From a virus (lineage: Duplodnaviria; Heunggongvirae; Uroviricota; Caudoviricetes), in the IMG/VR virus record IMGVR_UViG_3300020451_002055: DNA of 64,000 nucleotides; one strand, written 5' to 3'. Each line of letters begins with the position of its first letter. Position 1 is the stretch's first letter. This document shows positions 47,348 to 56,941 of this stretch, piece by piece. Position numbers and translations under genes: made by a program. Under the pieces are notes generated by a model. The model did not search any database. It was not told the DNA's origin and saw nothing but the letters and a program-made list of their open reading frames with translations.

Positions 47348-48214
47348 TTACCCCTTGAACTTCAGTTTCTTGCGTTGGGCAAGCTCTTCGTCATCCATAT
47401 CTATTGGTCTGTAATCGAGCGATGCTTTGACCGCCTGCAAATCTCTCACAAGCCTCGACAGGCCTCCGGGCTCCAAACTGGCGGCAGCATCGGTGTGCCT
47501 GACCGTTCTGTCATCGATGAAATGCCGCTCGATCCATTCGGCTCCGAGCATATAGCCAGCAATGTCTGCCGCTATGCCTTTGCCGTGGTTGGAGAATCCG
47601 ATACGGATCGGAGTGCCTTCGAGCATCGATTTCAGTCTTGGGATCTCTAATAAATGCAGGTCTTTGAAATCGCAAGGGTATTTACTAGTGCAATGATAGA
47701 TGACCGTTCTGCTCTGGATGCCCGATGCTTCGACAAAATCGAGTAGCCTGCTCATTTCCTCTCTTGTTGTCATTCCGGTTGAAATGTGCAGGTCGCCCTC
47801 GTAGTTCTTGGACAAAAACTCTAGCATGTCATAGTGCTGATTGCATGCGCTTGGAATCTTGATAAGCGGAGGGCTAAGTTCAGCAACCTCTCTGGCGGAT
47901 GTCATATCCCATACTGATGTCGTATAGACGATGCCGATCGAGTCGCAGTAGGACTGAAGCTCTGCATGCTTTTCAATGGAGAACTCAAGATTGATGCGAT
48001 GTTCAAGGTATGTGTCGCCATAAGCGAACAGCTTATTTGGATGCGGCTTGTCCCGTATATCGAGAGGAGTGCTTTCGTGAGGATTTCTTTTCTGAGTCTT
48101 GACATAAGGGGCTCCGCAGAGCTTGGCGAGTCGGCAAAGCTCCTTGGCCCGCTCGAAGTCTCCCAAATGAGAACAGCCGATCTCGGCAATGACTTGAGGT
48201 TGTTCGTAGTTCAT
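47348..48214 (-). CDS. neuB: NeuB-family ulosonic acid(-9-phosphate) synthase 2 (no SAF domain)
   Basis: IAEIGCSHLGD, KTQKR, KIPS, HCTSKYP, GFSNH, IERHF, TDAAASLEP. Confidence 0.92.
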   Translation of the reverse strand: MNYEQPQVIAEIGCSHLGDFERAKELCRLAKLCGAPYVKTQKRNPHESTPLDIRDKPHPNKLFAYGDTYLEHRINLEFSIEKHAELQSYCDSIGIVYTTSVWDMTSAREVAELSPPLIKIPSACNQHYDMLEFLSKNYEGDLHISTGMTTREEMSRLLDFVEASGIQSRTVIYHCTSKYPCDFKDLHLLEIPRLKSMLEGTPIRIGFSNHGKGIAADIAGYMLGAEWIERHFIDDRTVRHTDAAASLEPGGLSRLVRDLQAVKASLDYRPIDMDDEELAQRKKLKFKG

Positions 48215-48921
48215 AAGAATCCGCCGTAATGTTTAGCAGCCATTTCCATCAGAGCGAAATCATCCTCTGTATCGATCTGCATGCTTTCGAACTGAGAACA
48301 TTGCTCCAACAATGGACGATCCGTTATCCGCCCGTTGCTACTAAACTTATCGGCTTCTATGATGTATAGGTTGCCATTGTCATGATAGTACATCTCGTAA
48401 CGTTCTAGGTCTTGTCTCATCTTACGCTTACCGGAATATTTACAGCGAGCCCCTCCATCGTCATATTGCCAGAAGAACGGGGTATGCTCGCTGACCGTCA
48501 TAAGACTGTCTGCTCCGTAGTCCGTTATCCGTTTGTAACATCTATCTATCAATCTATTGGGACGAGCAGGAGATGTTGGTTGCAAGAGAGATACATACTT
48601 AAAAGAGACATCGAGTTTAGATATTTCATCAATAGCATGGGTCATGGCATCTTCTGTTGTGGATGAATCGCCGCAAAGCTCTTCTGGTCGTTCAATGATC
48701 CGTACTGTATCGCTTCCGTGATCTCGATTGAAACCTTCTGCTATTCTGATGATCTCGGGATCATTTGTCGAAACTGCTATCTCTGCTCTATGGCTGAAAC
48801 GTCTTGCTGCCTCGATAGTCCACCATGTCAGCGGTTTGCCGTCGATCTCTCGGTAGTTCTTGCCGGGCACTCCCTTCGAACCGGCTCGGGCAGGTATAAC
48901 GAATAGTACGGGAACATGCAT
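48211..48921 (-). CDS. neuA: CMP-ulosonic acid synthetase 2 (NeuA family)
   Basis: IPARAGSKGVPGKN, LLQPTSP, RQDL, NGNLY, QIDTEDD; start ATG 48921. Confidence 0.92.
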   Translation of the reverse strand: MHVPVLFVIPARAGSKGVPGKNYREIDGKPLTWWTIEAARRFSHRAEIAVSTNDPEIIRIAEGFNRDHGSDTVRIIERPEELCGDSSTTEDAMTHAIDEISKLDVSFKYVSLLQPTSPARPNRLIDRCYKRITDYGADSLMTVSEHTPFFWQYDDGGARCKYSGKRKMRQDLERYEMYYHDNGNLYIIEADKFSSNGRITDRPLLEQCSQFESMQIDTEDDFALMEMAAKHYGGFL

Positions 48922-48922
48922 A

Positions 48923-49669
48923 TCATTTGAGCCTATCTGCGTATTTGTCCAAAACATCTTCAAGAGCCATCTTGGGAAAACTCTTAAGTAAACCTTCTGT
49001 AGCGGTATCAATGATCTCTACTTTGCCCTTATTGGTAGCTGCGAACTCCCTCCAATATTCATGGAAGTCAATGCAGTGATGATCGACGGGCTTGTCTTCT
49101 ATTCGTCCGCGGTTTGGAGTAGAAAAGAATCGAGTGCCTATTTTGATAGGAGCCTTCTCTCCAGGGAACTGCCAGAAGTATCTTTTGCGTCCTACATAGC
49201 AACAATCGCAACCCATCAGAACAATAGGATCGCACCCCATGATGTATGCGAGATGAACAGCCGTGCCCATCGAAGTCCTAGCTCCGACTATAGGCTTGCT
49301 AGCCTCTCTCGTAAGCTCTAGACCTTCCGGGTATTTCTTCTTCTTGCTCGGATCATACCAAGTCTTATGAGAGAAGAACGCAACATCTTCTTCGCGAAAA
49401 TGAGAGACCGCATCTGCTAGCTTTGTCTTGAACAGAAGCTTCTTGCATTTGCTGTCTCTCGCTGTTTGTAGGTAGTAACTCCATTCTCTGACGCCTTGGT
49501 CATCAGAGACAAAGTAATCGCAGTCCGGCATCTTGACAATACCAGAGTTGACAGTGATCGTTACATACTTAGAGAGCGGAGTTACATCGACGCCGTGCAG
49601 AGACGGACCTGCTCCGATCAAGAACGCAGCGCTACCCTTGTGCTTGTTCTCTATTTCGCTGAGTTCCAT
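48923..49669 (-). CDS. DUF115/Maf-like (sialyltransferase-fold) protein, paralog A
   Basis: NKHKG..AFLIGAGPSL, VN, A.HLAYIMGCDPIVLMGCD. Confidence 0.8.
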   Translation of the reverse strand: MELSEIENKHKGSAAFLIGAGPSLHGVDVTPLSKYVTITVNSGIVKMPDCDYFVSDDQGVREWSYYLQTARDSKCKKLLFKTKLADAVSHFREEDVAFFSHKTWYDPSKKKKYPEGLELTREASKPIVGARTSMGTAVHLAYIMGCDPIVLMGCDCCYVGRKRYFWQFPGEKAPIKIGTRFFSTPNRGRIEDKPVDHHCIDFHEYWREFAATNKGKVEIIDTATEGLLKSFPKMALEDVLDKYADRLK

Positions 49670-50420
49670 ACCTTTGCAGCACCTCCGGTAGGCTCATTCT
49701 TGGAAACGCATCGATAAGCGAGTCAGTAGATGCATTGATAATCTCTACGCCTTTATTAGCATCGGCAACCGCTCTCCAATACTCCAAGAAATCCCTGCAA
49801 TGTTGATCAACCGGACTGCCGTTGATATGGCCTGAGTTCGCTTTGGCAAAAACTTTCCGGTAAGGAGTATCAGAAACTACCTTCTTCCAACCAGGGAACT
49901 GCCAGAAGTATCTCTTGCCCTGAACATACTTTGCATCGCATCCAAGAAGAACAATCGGATTGCAACCCATGATCTTAGCAAAATGGACAGCAGGACCGGC
50001 TGAGGTTCTTGCTCCAATGATTTCGCTCTCGATGGACATATCGAGACCTCTGTCAGTAGCATTCTCATCGTAATGGGGATCATGCGGAGACTGACAATGA
50101 TAAAAGCACTTTTCATCGTCAGGAATAGGTTCAGATACATCGTCCATTCGTAGAGCTTGAAAGAGCTTGATGGAATCGCCCTTTAAGACTTCCTCTTGCC
50201 AGTAGTCCCATTCAGCGCAGACCGGATCGCCTGTCAAAAAGAACTCAGCATCAGGAACGGCTCTGATACCAGAGTTGACAGCAATACGAGTATGGCCTTT
50301 GAGCAGATCAAGGTCTTGGAAATGCAACGACGGACCTGCCCCTACGACAAATCCGATCGTGCCTGTCCTTGAATCTTTGAGGTCAGAGATCAGCAAAACA
50401 ATCCATGCTCCCTCTTCCAA
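49632..50420 (-). CDS. DUF115/Maf-like (sialyltransferase-fold) protein, paralog B
   Basis: FVVGAGPSL, IMGCNPIVLLGCD, KRYFWQFPG shared with paralog A; start uncertain. Confidence 0.8.
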   Translation of the reverse strand: MEEGAWIVLLISDLKDSRTGTIGFVVGAGPSLHFQDLDLLKGHTRIAVNSGIRAVPDAEFFLTGDPVCAEWDYWQEEVLKGDSIKLFQALRMDDVSEPIPDDEKCFYHCQSPHDPHYDENATDRGLDMSIESEIIGARTSAGPAVHFAKIMGCNPIVLLGCDAKYVQGKRYFWQFPGWKKVVSDTPYRKVFAKANSGHINGSPVDQHCRDFLEYWRAVADANKGVEIINASTDSLIDAFPRMSLPEVLQRYGTQRNREQAQG

Positions 50421-51333
50421 CTATCCGGCCATTCATAGAGCCATACATTGTTTTCATGACATCTGAAGCGTCGTAGTTGGTAATGATGAGTTCCTGACCG
50501 TCATCCTTGACTTCCTTGCCGGTTCCGCTGTATTTCCATGTCTCAGAATAAAGATGGAACCCATCGTCTTCTCGGAAAAGTTCTCTAACAAGCTTATGAT
50601 CATCGTAGCTGATACAGACCTTGTGGTCGCTTGCAAGAACAGCATCCCTGAACTTCTCATGATCTTCCATGCTGAATCCAAGCTGATATAGCTGACTGTT
50701 GCGAGCAAGCTCAGAGTTGACGACATAAGGCGGGTCGAGGTAGACAACAACATCATCGCCTGGCTCAGAAAGCGTTACCTCATAGGAATCGCAAGTTATG
50801 CGAGTGTCCTTAAGGTGAGCGGCAACCTTCTCTAGCAGGTCTGTTTTGATGATGTTCCAACCTTGAGGGTTGGAGAAGTAAAGACGAGAGCGCTGAGCAG
50901 GATCATACGTCACTCTTCCGCCCCAAATGGTACGGTTGAGATAGAAGTACCGCAACGCAGCATCCATGTTTTCGTCGTCAACAAACTTATCGAAGACGGC
51001 TTTGAGACGGGCGTTGTATTCCTTCGATCCTTCTTTTGATGTCTCTTTGGACTTGACCGTTGGCTCGCCTTCCTTGGCGGGCTCAATCTCTCTGCATGAA
51101 GCAATGAACTCATCCGGCCTATCTCGCAGAGCCTTGTAGACAGCTATAAGCGGATCGTTTAGGTCATTGATCCATCTCTTCTCAACTCGATCTGTTGGGA
51201 TTGCGAAGAAAATGCCTCCGCCGCCGACAAAGCCTTCTCGATATTCGCCGAATCTGGCGGGCATGCGTCGAAGGATCTTTTCTTGGACATGCTTTCGCGT
51301 CTTGCCGCCAGGATATCTAAAGGGTGATCTCAT
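50383..51333 (-). CDS. Dam/D12-class N6-adenine DNA methyltransferase
   Basis: SPFRYPGGK, EGFVGGG, INDLN, YLDPPY, ELIITNY. Confidence 0.93.
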   Translation of the reverse strand: MRSPFRYPGGKTRKHVQEKILRRMPARFGEYREGFVGGGGIFFAIPTDRVEKRWINDLNDPLIAVYKALRDRPDEFIASCREIEPAKEGEPTVKSKETSKEGSKEYNARLKAVFDKFVDDENMDAALRYFYLNRTIWGGRVTYDPAQRSRLYFSNPQGWNIIKTDLLEKVAAHLKDTRITCDSYEVTLSEPGDDVVVYLDPPYVVNSELARNSQLYQLGFSMEDHEKFRDAVLASDHKVCISYDDHKLVRELFREDDGFHLYSETWKYSGTGKEVKDDGQELIITNYDASDVMKTMYGSMNGRIVGRGSMDCFADL

Positions 51334-52025
51334 TCAACTGCCCTACGAATCATCTCTCGGAAGTTCTCTATGCTATCGTCTGAAGGGTTGGGGTCTGTCA
51401 TAGAGAACCACGGTAGATCGAAAATGCGGTCTGACTCTTCGATGTCGTAGTAGTATTTTGTCTGACCGCCAGGATTTGTGTAGCTTCCAAGCTTCGGGTA
51501 GTTGTTCATAGATATTCTTGGCCCAACATCTTCAAGATCAGCAGACACAAAGAGGTTGATGCGCTCGCAGTCATATGTAGTTCCGATCATGGGGACTCCG
51601 ACATGCTTTTTATCTATCATGCCGTTATGAGAGTCCATGTTCATCCTAAATCTCTTATTATGCTCCGTGCTTCTTCCTGAGTTGGTAACTCTTGGAACAG
51701 CTTTCATGTCGAAGACTACAGTCTGAGTCTGCCCATTGACCTCAAAATCAACTAGCAAATCTCCTTTGTCTCTGAATGAGCCGCTTTTATCAACCTTGGG
51801 ACTTACAAGCAACTTGTGACCGAGTATCTTGTAAGGAGAATACTTCTCTAAAACTTCCATAAACCTGTCAGCCGCATAGCTTTCAGTATGGAAGCTCTTC
51901 ACCATGTCATTTCCAAAATCTTCGTCAGTTCGATAATCCCTTCGTCTATCATAGGACATATCTAGCTCCGGATTGTATCCATCCTGAGCCCAATATACTT
52001 CATCCAGATTCAATTCGTCTATCAT
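51330..52025 (-). CDS. Hypothetical protein, possible PD-(D/E)xK nuclease
   Basis: TE..A...F, GDLLV...VVFDMKA; ATGA-coupled to the methylase. Confidence 0.5.
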   Translation of the reverse strand: MIDELNLDEVYWAQDGYNPELDMSYDRRRDYRTDEDFGNDMVKSFHTESYAADRFMEVLEKYSPYKILGHKLLVSPKVDKSGSFRDKGDLLVDFEVNGQTQTVVFDMKAVPRVTNSGRSTEHNKRFRMNMDSHNGMIDKKHVGVPMIGTTYDCERINLFVSADLEDVGPRISMNNYPKLGSYTNPGGQTKYYYDIEESDRIFDLPWFSMTDPNPSDDSIENFREMIRRAVE

Positions 52026-52321
52026 TAGTTCGTCTCTGGTACCAGGAATAGAAGGGGTATTTTGTGTACCTTTTCGAGAGTATCCGGGTATTGACTAAAC
52101 ATATCCACGAAAGATTCATACAGAACAGCTACATCATGAGTAGATAGAAGACTCGGGTCTTCGAGTATATCCAGTACGTTATTGACGGATATGACACTAT
52201 GGGAAGGAACCATTTCCGGATGCTTTTCTATGAACTGCATCCATAACTTCATTGACAAGAGCATATACTCTCGGCAGTCGTCTTCAAGGTTCTCATCATA
52301 GTACGGGTTCTTTGCCATCAA
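52025..52321 (-). CDS. Hypothetical protein
   Basis: Coupled to neighbours. Confidence 0.6.
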   Translation of the reverse strand: MMAKNPYYDENLEDDCREYMLLSMKLWMQFIEKHPEMVPSHSVISVNNVLDILEDPSLLSTHDVAVLYESFVDMFSQYPDTLEKVHKIPLLFLVPETN

Positions 52322-52650
52322 TGAAAACTCCGGCCAAAGAACTGAAAAGGCATGTTCAGTAGGTCAACGCCCATTATTTTAGCAGTAGCGAGCAGGTCGC
52401 TGTATGCTTGCCATATCGCAGTTGCATTATCCCCTTCGGCAATAGCATCTTCCAAGTCGTTCATGCAAACAACAAGCCGAGGGTGAAGTTCATAGTTAGA
52501 GTTACGCAAGTAGGCAATCGTCACGGCCATCCAGTTAATACCGGATCGAAAAACAAGCTGTTGAAGCTTGGCGTCCTCGCATACCTCGTCCATCTCCCGC
52601 TGCTCTAGAGAGTTATCGCTGACAGAAACTTCACCAAACATCTTCATCAT
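52318..52650 (-). CDS. Hypothetical protein
   Basis: Coupled to neighbours; start uncertain. Confidence 0.6.
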   Translation of the reverse strand: MMKMFGEVSVSDNSLEQREMDEVCEDAKLQQLVFRSGINWMAVTIAYLRNSNYELHPRLVVCMNDLEDAIAEGDNATAIWQAYSDLLATAKIMGVDLLNMPFQFFGRSFH

Positions 52651-54595
52651 CCTTCTTCAAAATACCCGATTCAAACAGGAACCTGCTTGGCCGGTTGTTG
52701 ACTGTTCGCAGAAACTTGCCGCTCTTGATCTTCTCTTGTTTGCTGTAAGATGCAATGAGTACTTTCTCTGCCCTTGTCATGGCGACATAGCAAAGTCGTC
52801 GCTCTTCCTCAACACCTCTATCCTCTGTCGAGCTTCGGTTATGAGGCATCTTGCCTTCCTCTAGCCTCGGCAGGAATACAACAGGAAACTCAAGGCCCTT
52901 GGATGCATGAATAGTCATCAACGAGACCGTGCCCGCTTGAGTTGACTTGTCGGCAGTAGTCATCAGAGCGATCTTGTTCAGGTACTCTGAGATATTCGCG
53001 TTTGACCCCTTGGAAGCCCTTGCTGCGGCATTGATAAGCTCGCTCAAAGAATCCTTACGATCATCCGCATCATCTTCGTAGTTGACTTCGATCCAGTCTT
53101 CGTAACTAAGGTCTTTGATGATACCTTCGAGGATGGAGCCTATATCTTGACCTGACCTGTCCTTTGAGAACACTCTGCCGATCAGTTTCGCTCTATTCTT
53201 GACCTTCTCAGCCTTGGCCGTTGCTTTGAGGTATTTATCAACATCCATCAGAGCAGATATGAGATCGACCTTGTTTTGATTTGCGTAGTTTTCTATCTTG
53301 CCGAGAGTTACCTCTCCGATAGAATGGCTAGGCTTGTTGACAAAGCGAGCAAGAGCCGTACTGTCAAATGGGTTGATGTAAAAACGAAGCATTGCAAGGG
53401 CATCTTTGATCTCTTCTCGCTTGAAGAAGCTGAATCCGCCGATGACTTGATAAGGAACGCCTCTGTTCATAAAGGCCGTCTCAAGAGCCCTCGACATGGC
53501 GTTGGCTCGATAAAGAACGGCAAACTGATCATGCTTGTATCCTTGCGTATGAACAAGCTTCTCGACCGTGGCCGCAATCATCGCAGCTTCATGATCAGGA
53601 GTTTGAGCAGACATGCATTGAACAGGAGTGCCCGCGTTGTTTACTGTCTTGATGTTTGCTTCTTCTCTACCTTCGTTTGTTCGGATTAGTCTCGAAGCGG
53701 CAGCAACAATCTCTGGCGTTGAGCGGTAGTTGACCGGAAGCTCAATGACAGTGGCCTTGTAGTTCTTGATAAAGTCATCGATGTTCTCATATCGAGCCCC
53801 TCTCCATTGATAGATGCACTGATCAGGGTCTCCGACCATGAAGATATTGCCATGGGCTCCGATCAGTTCAACGATACGGAACTGAGCGTAGTTGGTGTCC
53901 TGAGCTTCGTCTACCTGAAGAAGATCAAACCGGCGCATAAGACGCTGGCAAACTTGTTTGTCCTTCTCAAGAAGACGTATGGTCTCAGAGAGTATGCCGC
54001 TGAAGTCTGTCTGATTATTGGCGAGCATGCGAGCAACATACTCTCTCGCTATCTTGGCATCTTCGGCAGACTTGAATGCTGCATCAAACTGAGCATCAGT
54101 ATACAGATTCTCTCTTGCATCGCCGCATGTATAGACGAGAGACTTGACCTCGGGCTTCTTCAGATCGTAGCCCAACTGTCGAGCGCACTGAGACATCAGA
54201 GCAAACTGATCGTCGTCATCTAGGACGGTAATATCTGAGGTGTATCCGATGCTCTTGCCAAACTTGCGAAGTATGTTTAAGCTCAGAGCGTGGAACGTGC
54301 TAACGTAGATCTGGTCAGCCGTCTCCCCAAGGATACCGGTAAGCCGCTGCTTCATCTCTTGAGCGGCCTTGTTCGTAAAAGTTATGCAGAGTAGCTTCGT
54401 TGGAGAAAAGCCGCCCTCGATAAGTCTTGCTGCTCTCTCAGTGATAACTCTCGTTTTTCCGGATCCCGGACAAGCAGATACAAAGCAAGCACCCCACTTA
54501 TGGTTCGCTGCCTTTTCTTGCTGATCGTTGAGCTTCGGTCTCGGTGTTTTTCTTTCCACAGCCGCATCCTGTTGATCCCTTGCTACTAGTCCCAT
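52631..54595 (-). CDS. uvrD: UvrD/PcrA SF1 helicase
   Basis: ACPGSGKT, ITFTNKAA, VDEAQD, VGDPDQ.IY.WRGA, NYRS, TIHASKGLEF, EERRL.YVAMTRA. Confidence 0.97.
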   Translation of the reverse strand: MGLVARDQQDAAVERKTPRPKLNDQQEKAANHKWGACFVSACPGSGKTRVITERAARLIEGGFSPTKLLCITFTNKAAQEMKQRLTGILGETADQIYVSTFHALSLNILRKFGKSIGYTSDITVLDDDDQFALMSQCARQLGYDLKKPEVKSLVYTCGDARENLYTDAQFDAAFKSAEDAKIAREYVARMLANNQTDFSGILSETIRLLEKDKQVCQRLMRRFDLLQVDEAQDTNYAQFRIVELIGAHGNIFMVGDPDQCIYQWRGARYENIDDFIKNYKATVIELPVNYRSTPEIVAAASRLIRTNEGREEANIKTVNNAGTPVQCMSAQTPDHEAAMIAATVEKLVHTQGYKHDQFAVLYRANAMSRALETAFMNRGVPYQVIGGFSFFKREEIKDALAMLRFYINPFDSTALARFVNKPSHSIGEVTLGKIENYANQNKVDLISALMDVDKYLKATAKAEKVKNRAKLIGRVFSKDRSGQDIGSILEGIIKDLSYEDWIEVNYEDDADDRKDSLSELINAAARASKGSNANISEYLNKIALMTTADKSTQAGTVSLMTIHASKGLEFPVVFLPRLEEGKMPHNRSSTEDRGVEEERRLCYVAMTRAEKVLIASYSKQEKIKSGKFLRTVNNRPSRFLFESGILKKDDEDVW

Positions 54596-54914
54596 ATACT
54601 TGAGATACCCCTCTAATCGTCAGATTCGGATCGTCATAGTTCATCTTCTCACAAAGCAAATTGAAGAAAGCGATGGGAGATATATAGCCAATGTATTGAA
54701 CATACACTTCTCCCGTTTCCTCAGAAAGAGCCTGTAAGTGCGGATATGTTTCTACTCCGAACTTACTGCAAAGTTCTTCATTCGAGTCGTCGTCCGCGTC
54801 AATGAACTCATAGTAGAAACCATAGAAGTCCATTGCCTTACGCATCTTCTTGCATGTCGGACAATCCGAACTGCCGAACATGCGGTATGTGATCTTTCCA
54901 TTACCCATCGGCAT
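54498..54914 (-). CDS. Glutaredoxin/thioredoxin-fold protein
   Basis: CPTC, GVETYP; GCGC near C-end; overlaps uvrD start. Confidence 0.7.
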   Translation of the reverse strand: MPMGNGKITYRMFGSSDCPTCKKMRKAMDFYGFYYEFIDADDDSNEELCSKFGVETYPHLQALSEETGEVYVQYIGYISPIAFFNLLCEKMNYDDPNLTIRGVSQVYGTSSKGSTGCGCGKKNTETEAQRSARKGSEP

Positions 54915-55227
54915 GAGCCCTGAAGGTATCGAAATGTTCAGCGAGTCCCTCGCTTATGCCTTCGCTCTTAGTATCGGGCAGCTTGCATTCAGGCAGTCCC
55001 TCTACCACAAAGTTGATCTCTTTATTGATCATGTCAGAGCAAAACTTATGCAAGTGCATCGCGTCCACCTTCTTAGCATTGATTCCCAACGCAGAAAGCA
55101 GATCCACAGAAGGCCAGCAGAACTTTTGTTCATCGCCAGTGTCTAAGAATTGAAGAGTCCAAATGATCAGGTCATTTTCTTCTTCGTACTTAGATTCAAG
55201 TATCTTCACTCTCGATGGATTCGTCAT
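54901..55227 (-). CDS. Hypothetical protein
   Basis: AAGGAG SD; in operon. Confidence 0.65.
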   Translation of the reverse strand: MTNPSRVKILESKYEEENDLIIWTLQFLDTGDEQKFCWPSVDLLSALGINAKKVDAMHLHKFCSDMINKEINFVVEGLPECKLPDTKSEGISEGLAEHFDTFRAHADG

Positions 55228-55951
55228 TTAGTTGCTCCTTCAGCTTGTAGTAAGCAGACATCATCTGCTCGATTATCCTGTTCTTCTCTTCGTCTCCGAG
55301 ATGAACGCGAACGGTAGATAGCTTTTCGAGATGTTCTTCGCCGAATAGATGGATGAGAACATGATCGTGATAAGTTCGGTAAGAACCGAATGGCTCGTCC
55401 GTAATGAGTTCGTCTTTGATTCCGATGGCTTTCTCGGCCTGTCGAGCTTGATTCCACCATGAATCGGTCTTCTTAGGAGTTACCTCGCTACCGTCAGCAG
55501 TCTCAACGAGACCGCATTGGTCTCGGACATCAGGATTGATAACCTTGAGACGCTCATAACGAGGTCTGAACTCTTCTTCAGGTATGATACCATAAACTCG
55601 GCAGTTGTAGGGCCGAGTCTCATGCTGAGAACACATCTTTGATTCATGATCAAAGAAAACGCAACCCTTGACTGACTTATCGAATAAGTAGTTCCTCAAG
55701 CTTGATTCAATCAGATTACCTATCTGCTGATCAGACCAGTTCGAGGTTACATAGTTCCAAGTATTGAGAAACTCAATATAGAGAACGCTAGGATTTTGAA
55801 CCTGGCAGCACCAGGCTCCGCATCCTCCCTCGTTCTCGGGCATATTGATATGCTCAAGACAACCCTTAGTATCGGGTATCTTGCTGTATGCGTAATCGAG
55901 AACAGCTATAGCATTCCGTATACGTTCCTTGTCAGTCGTCGCTCCATACAT
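55196..55951 (-). CDS. YkgJ-family (CxxCxxCC) Zn/Fe-S protein
   Basis: GC...GCGAWCC, CVFFD....CSQHETRPYNCRVYG. Confidence 0.85.
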   Translation of the reverse strand: MYGATTDKERIRNAIAVLDYAYSKIPDTKGCLEHINMPENEGGCGAWCCQVQNPSVLYIEFLNTWNYVTSNWSDQQIGNLIESSLRNYLFDKSVKGCVFFDHESKMCSQHETRPYNCRVYGIIPEEEFRPRYERLKVINPDVRDQCGLVETADGSEVTPKKTDSWWNQARQAEKAIGIKDELITDEPFGSYRTYHDHVLIHLFGEEHLEKLSTVRVHLGDEEKNRIIEQMMSAYYKLKEQLNDESIESEDT

Positions 55952-56556
55952 CAGATATCGATTCCGTCGTAATCCTCATCCTTCGAACCGCTAAAAACAG
56001 CCTTCGGTTCGACGTTTGATTCCTTCTTAGCGACAGGCTGCTCGTCCTTGTCCTTTTCAATGGTAACAGTCAACGATTCTCTATCGTCGCCCTTGGTTAC
56101 TCCCTTGGGGACATTATTGTTCTTCTCAAGCTCGTCCAAGACTTTGTTCATTTTAGTCTTGTTGATCTTGTATACCTGCTCGTAGGCGTCGTCTCCGATA
56201 CCGAGTTCTTCGCAATGCTCAATCAGAGCGTTCTCGTCCTCGATTTCCCACTTGCCCTTGACAGTTCTACGGCTGAGGTTGCCGACGCCCGGATACTTGA
56301 GCGTCTTCTTGCCAGCAGAAGTCATGCACTTTTCGATCGCCTCACGAAGAGTTGATTCTCGCTGCTCCATCTCTTTGATCTGAGCATCATAATGGGCTGC
56401 CCTGCGCTTCTTAAGAGCCTTGACATGCTCGATCTCTTGCTGAGCATTGCGTATCTCAATAAGAGCATCCTCAAGCTCAGATGGATCGCTAAACTCGCCG
56501 CCTCGCAGCACTTCTCTAATTTTCTCGCTACCGATTGCTTCAAATTCATCAAACAT
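55951..56556 (-). CDS. Gam-like / Gp157-like host-nuclease inhibitor
   Basis: Coiled coil then KKTLKYPGVGNLSRR...KINKT..PKGV. Confidence 0.6.
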   Translation of the reverse strand: MFDEFEAIGSEKIREVLRGGEFSDPSELEDALIEIRNAQQEIEHVKALKKRRAAHYDAQIKEMEQRESTLREAIEKCMTSAGKKTLKYPGVGNLSRRTVKGKWEIEDENALIEHCEELGIGDDAYEQVYKINKTKMNKVLDELEKNNNVPKGVTKGDDRESLTVTIEKDKDEQPVAKKESNVEPKAVFSGSKDEDYDGIDI

Positions 56557-56559
56557 TTG

Positions 56560-56916
56560 TTACCTCGTTACTACCTTCATTACGATGGCCGTCTTTACGC
56601 TTCCATCGAACTCCGCATTGTCAAAACTTGGCTCAACCACAAGATCGAGCCCCTTCTTTGATCCTTCGCCCCTAGCGATGATAAGAGCTTTCAAAGCATT
56701 AGAGATGGATGGCGCTCCAACGGCCTTGAGCTTGGCTGAGCCATGCTTTCCAATGACCGTTAGAATCGCTGAAGATAGCTTCTTGATGTATTGCTTGCGT
56801 GCCTCATCAACTTCTTCTGGACTTTCTGGTTTACGGGTTTCTCCGTTACCTACATGCAAGTAGTGCCCGTTGTCTCCCTTGATCTTCAACAGCGTCGGAT
56901 CGTCGTGATATGCCAT
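56560..56916 (-). CDS. spoVS: SpoVS-family (Alba-fold) protein
   Basis: AI..VI..HG.A.LKAVGA..ISNALKALIIARG....GLDLVVEPSF....DG..KTAI. Confidence 0.85.
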   Translation of the reverse strand: MAYHDDPTLLKIKGDNGHYLHVGNGETRKPESPEEVDEARKQYIKKLSSAILTVIGKHGSAKLKAVGAPSISNALKALIIARGEGSKKGLDLVVEPSFDNAEFDGSVKTAIVMKVVTR

Positions 56917-56941
56917 AACTTCTTCCTTTACTCATCATGAG

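Noticed and set aside
54498-54595. Programmed frameshift fusing glutaredoxin and uvrD
   Set aside because: The overlap is explained by a later GTG start for uvrD; no convincing slippery site plus downstream structure.
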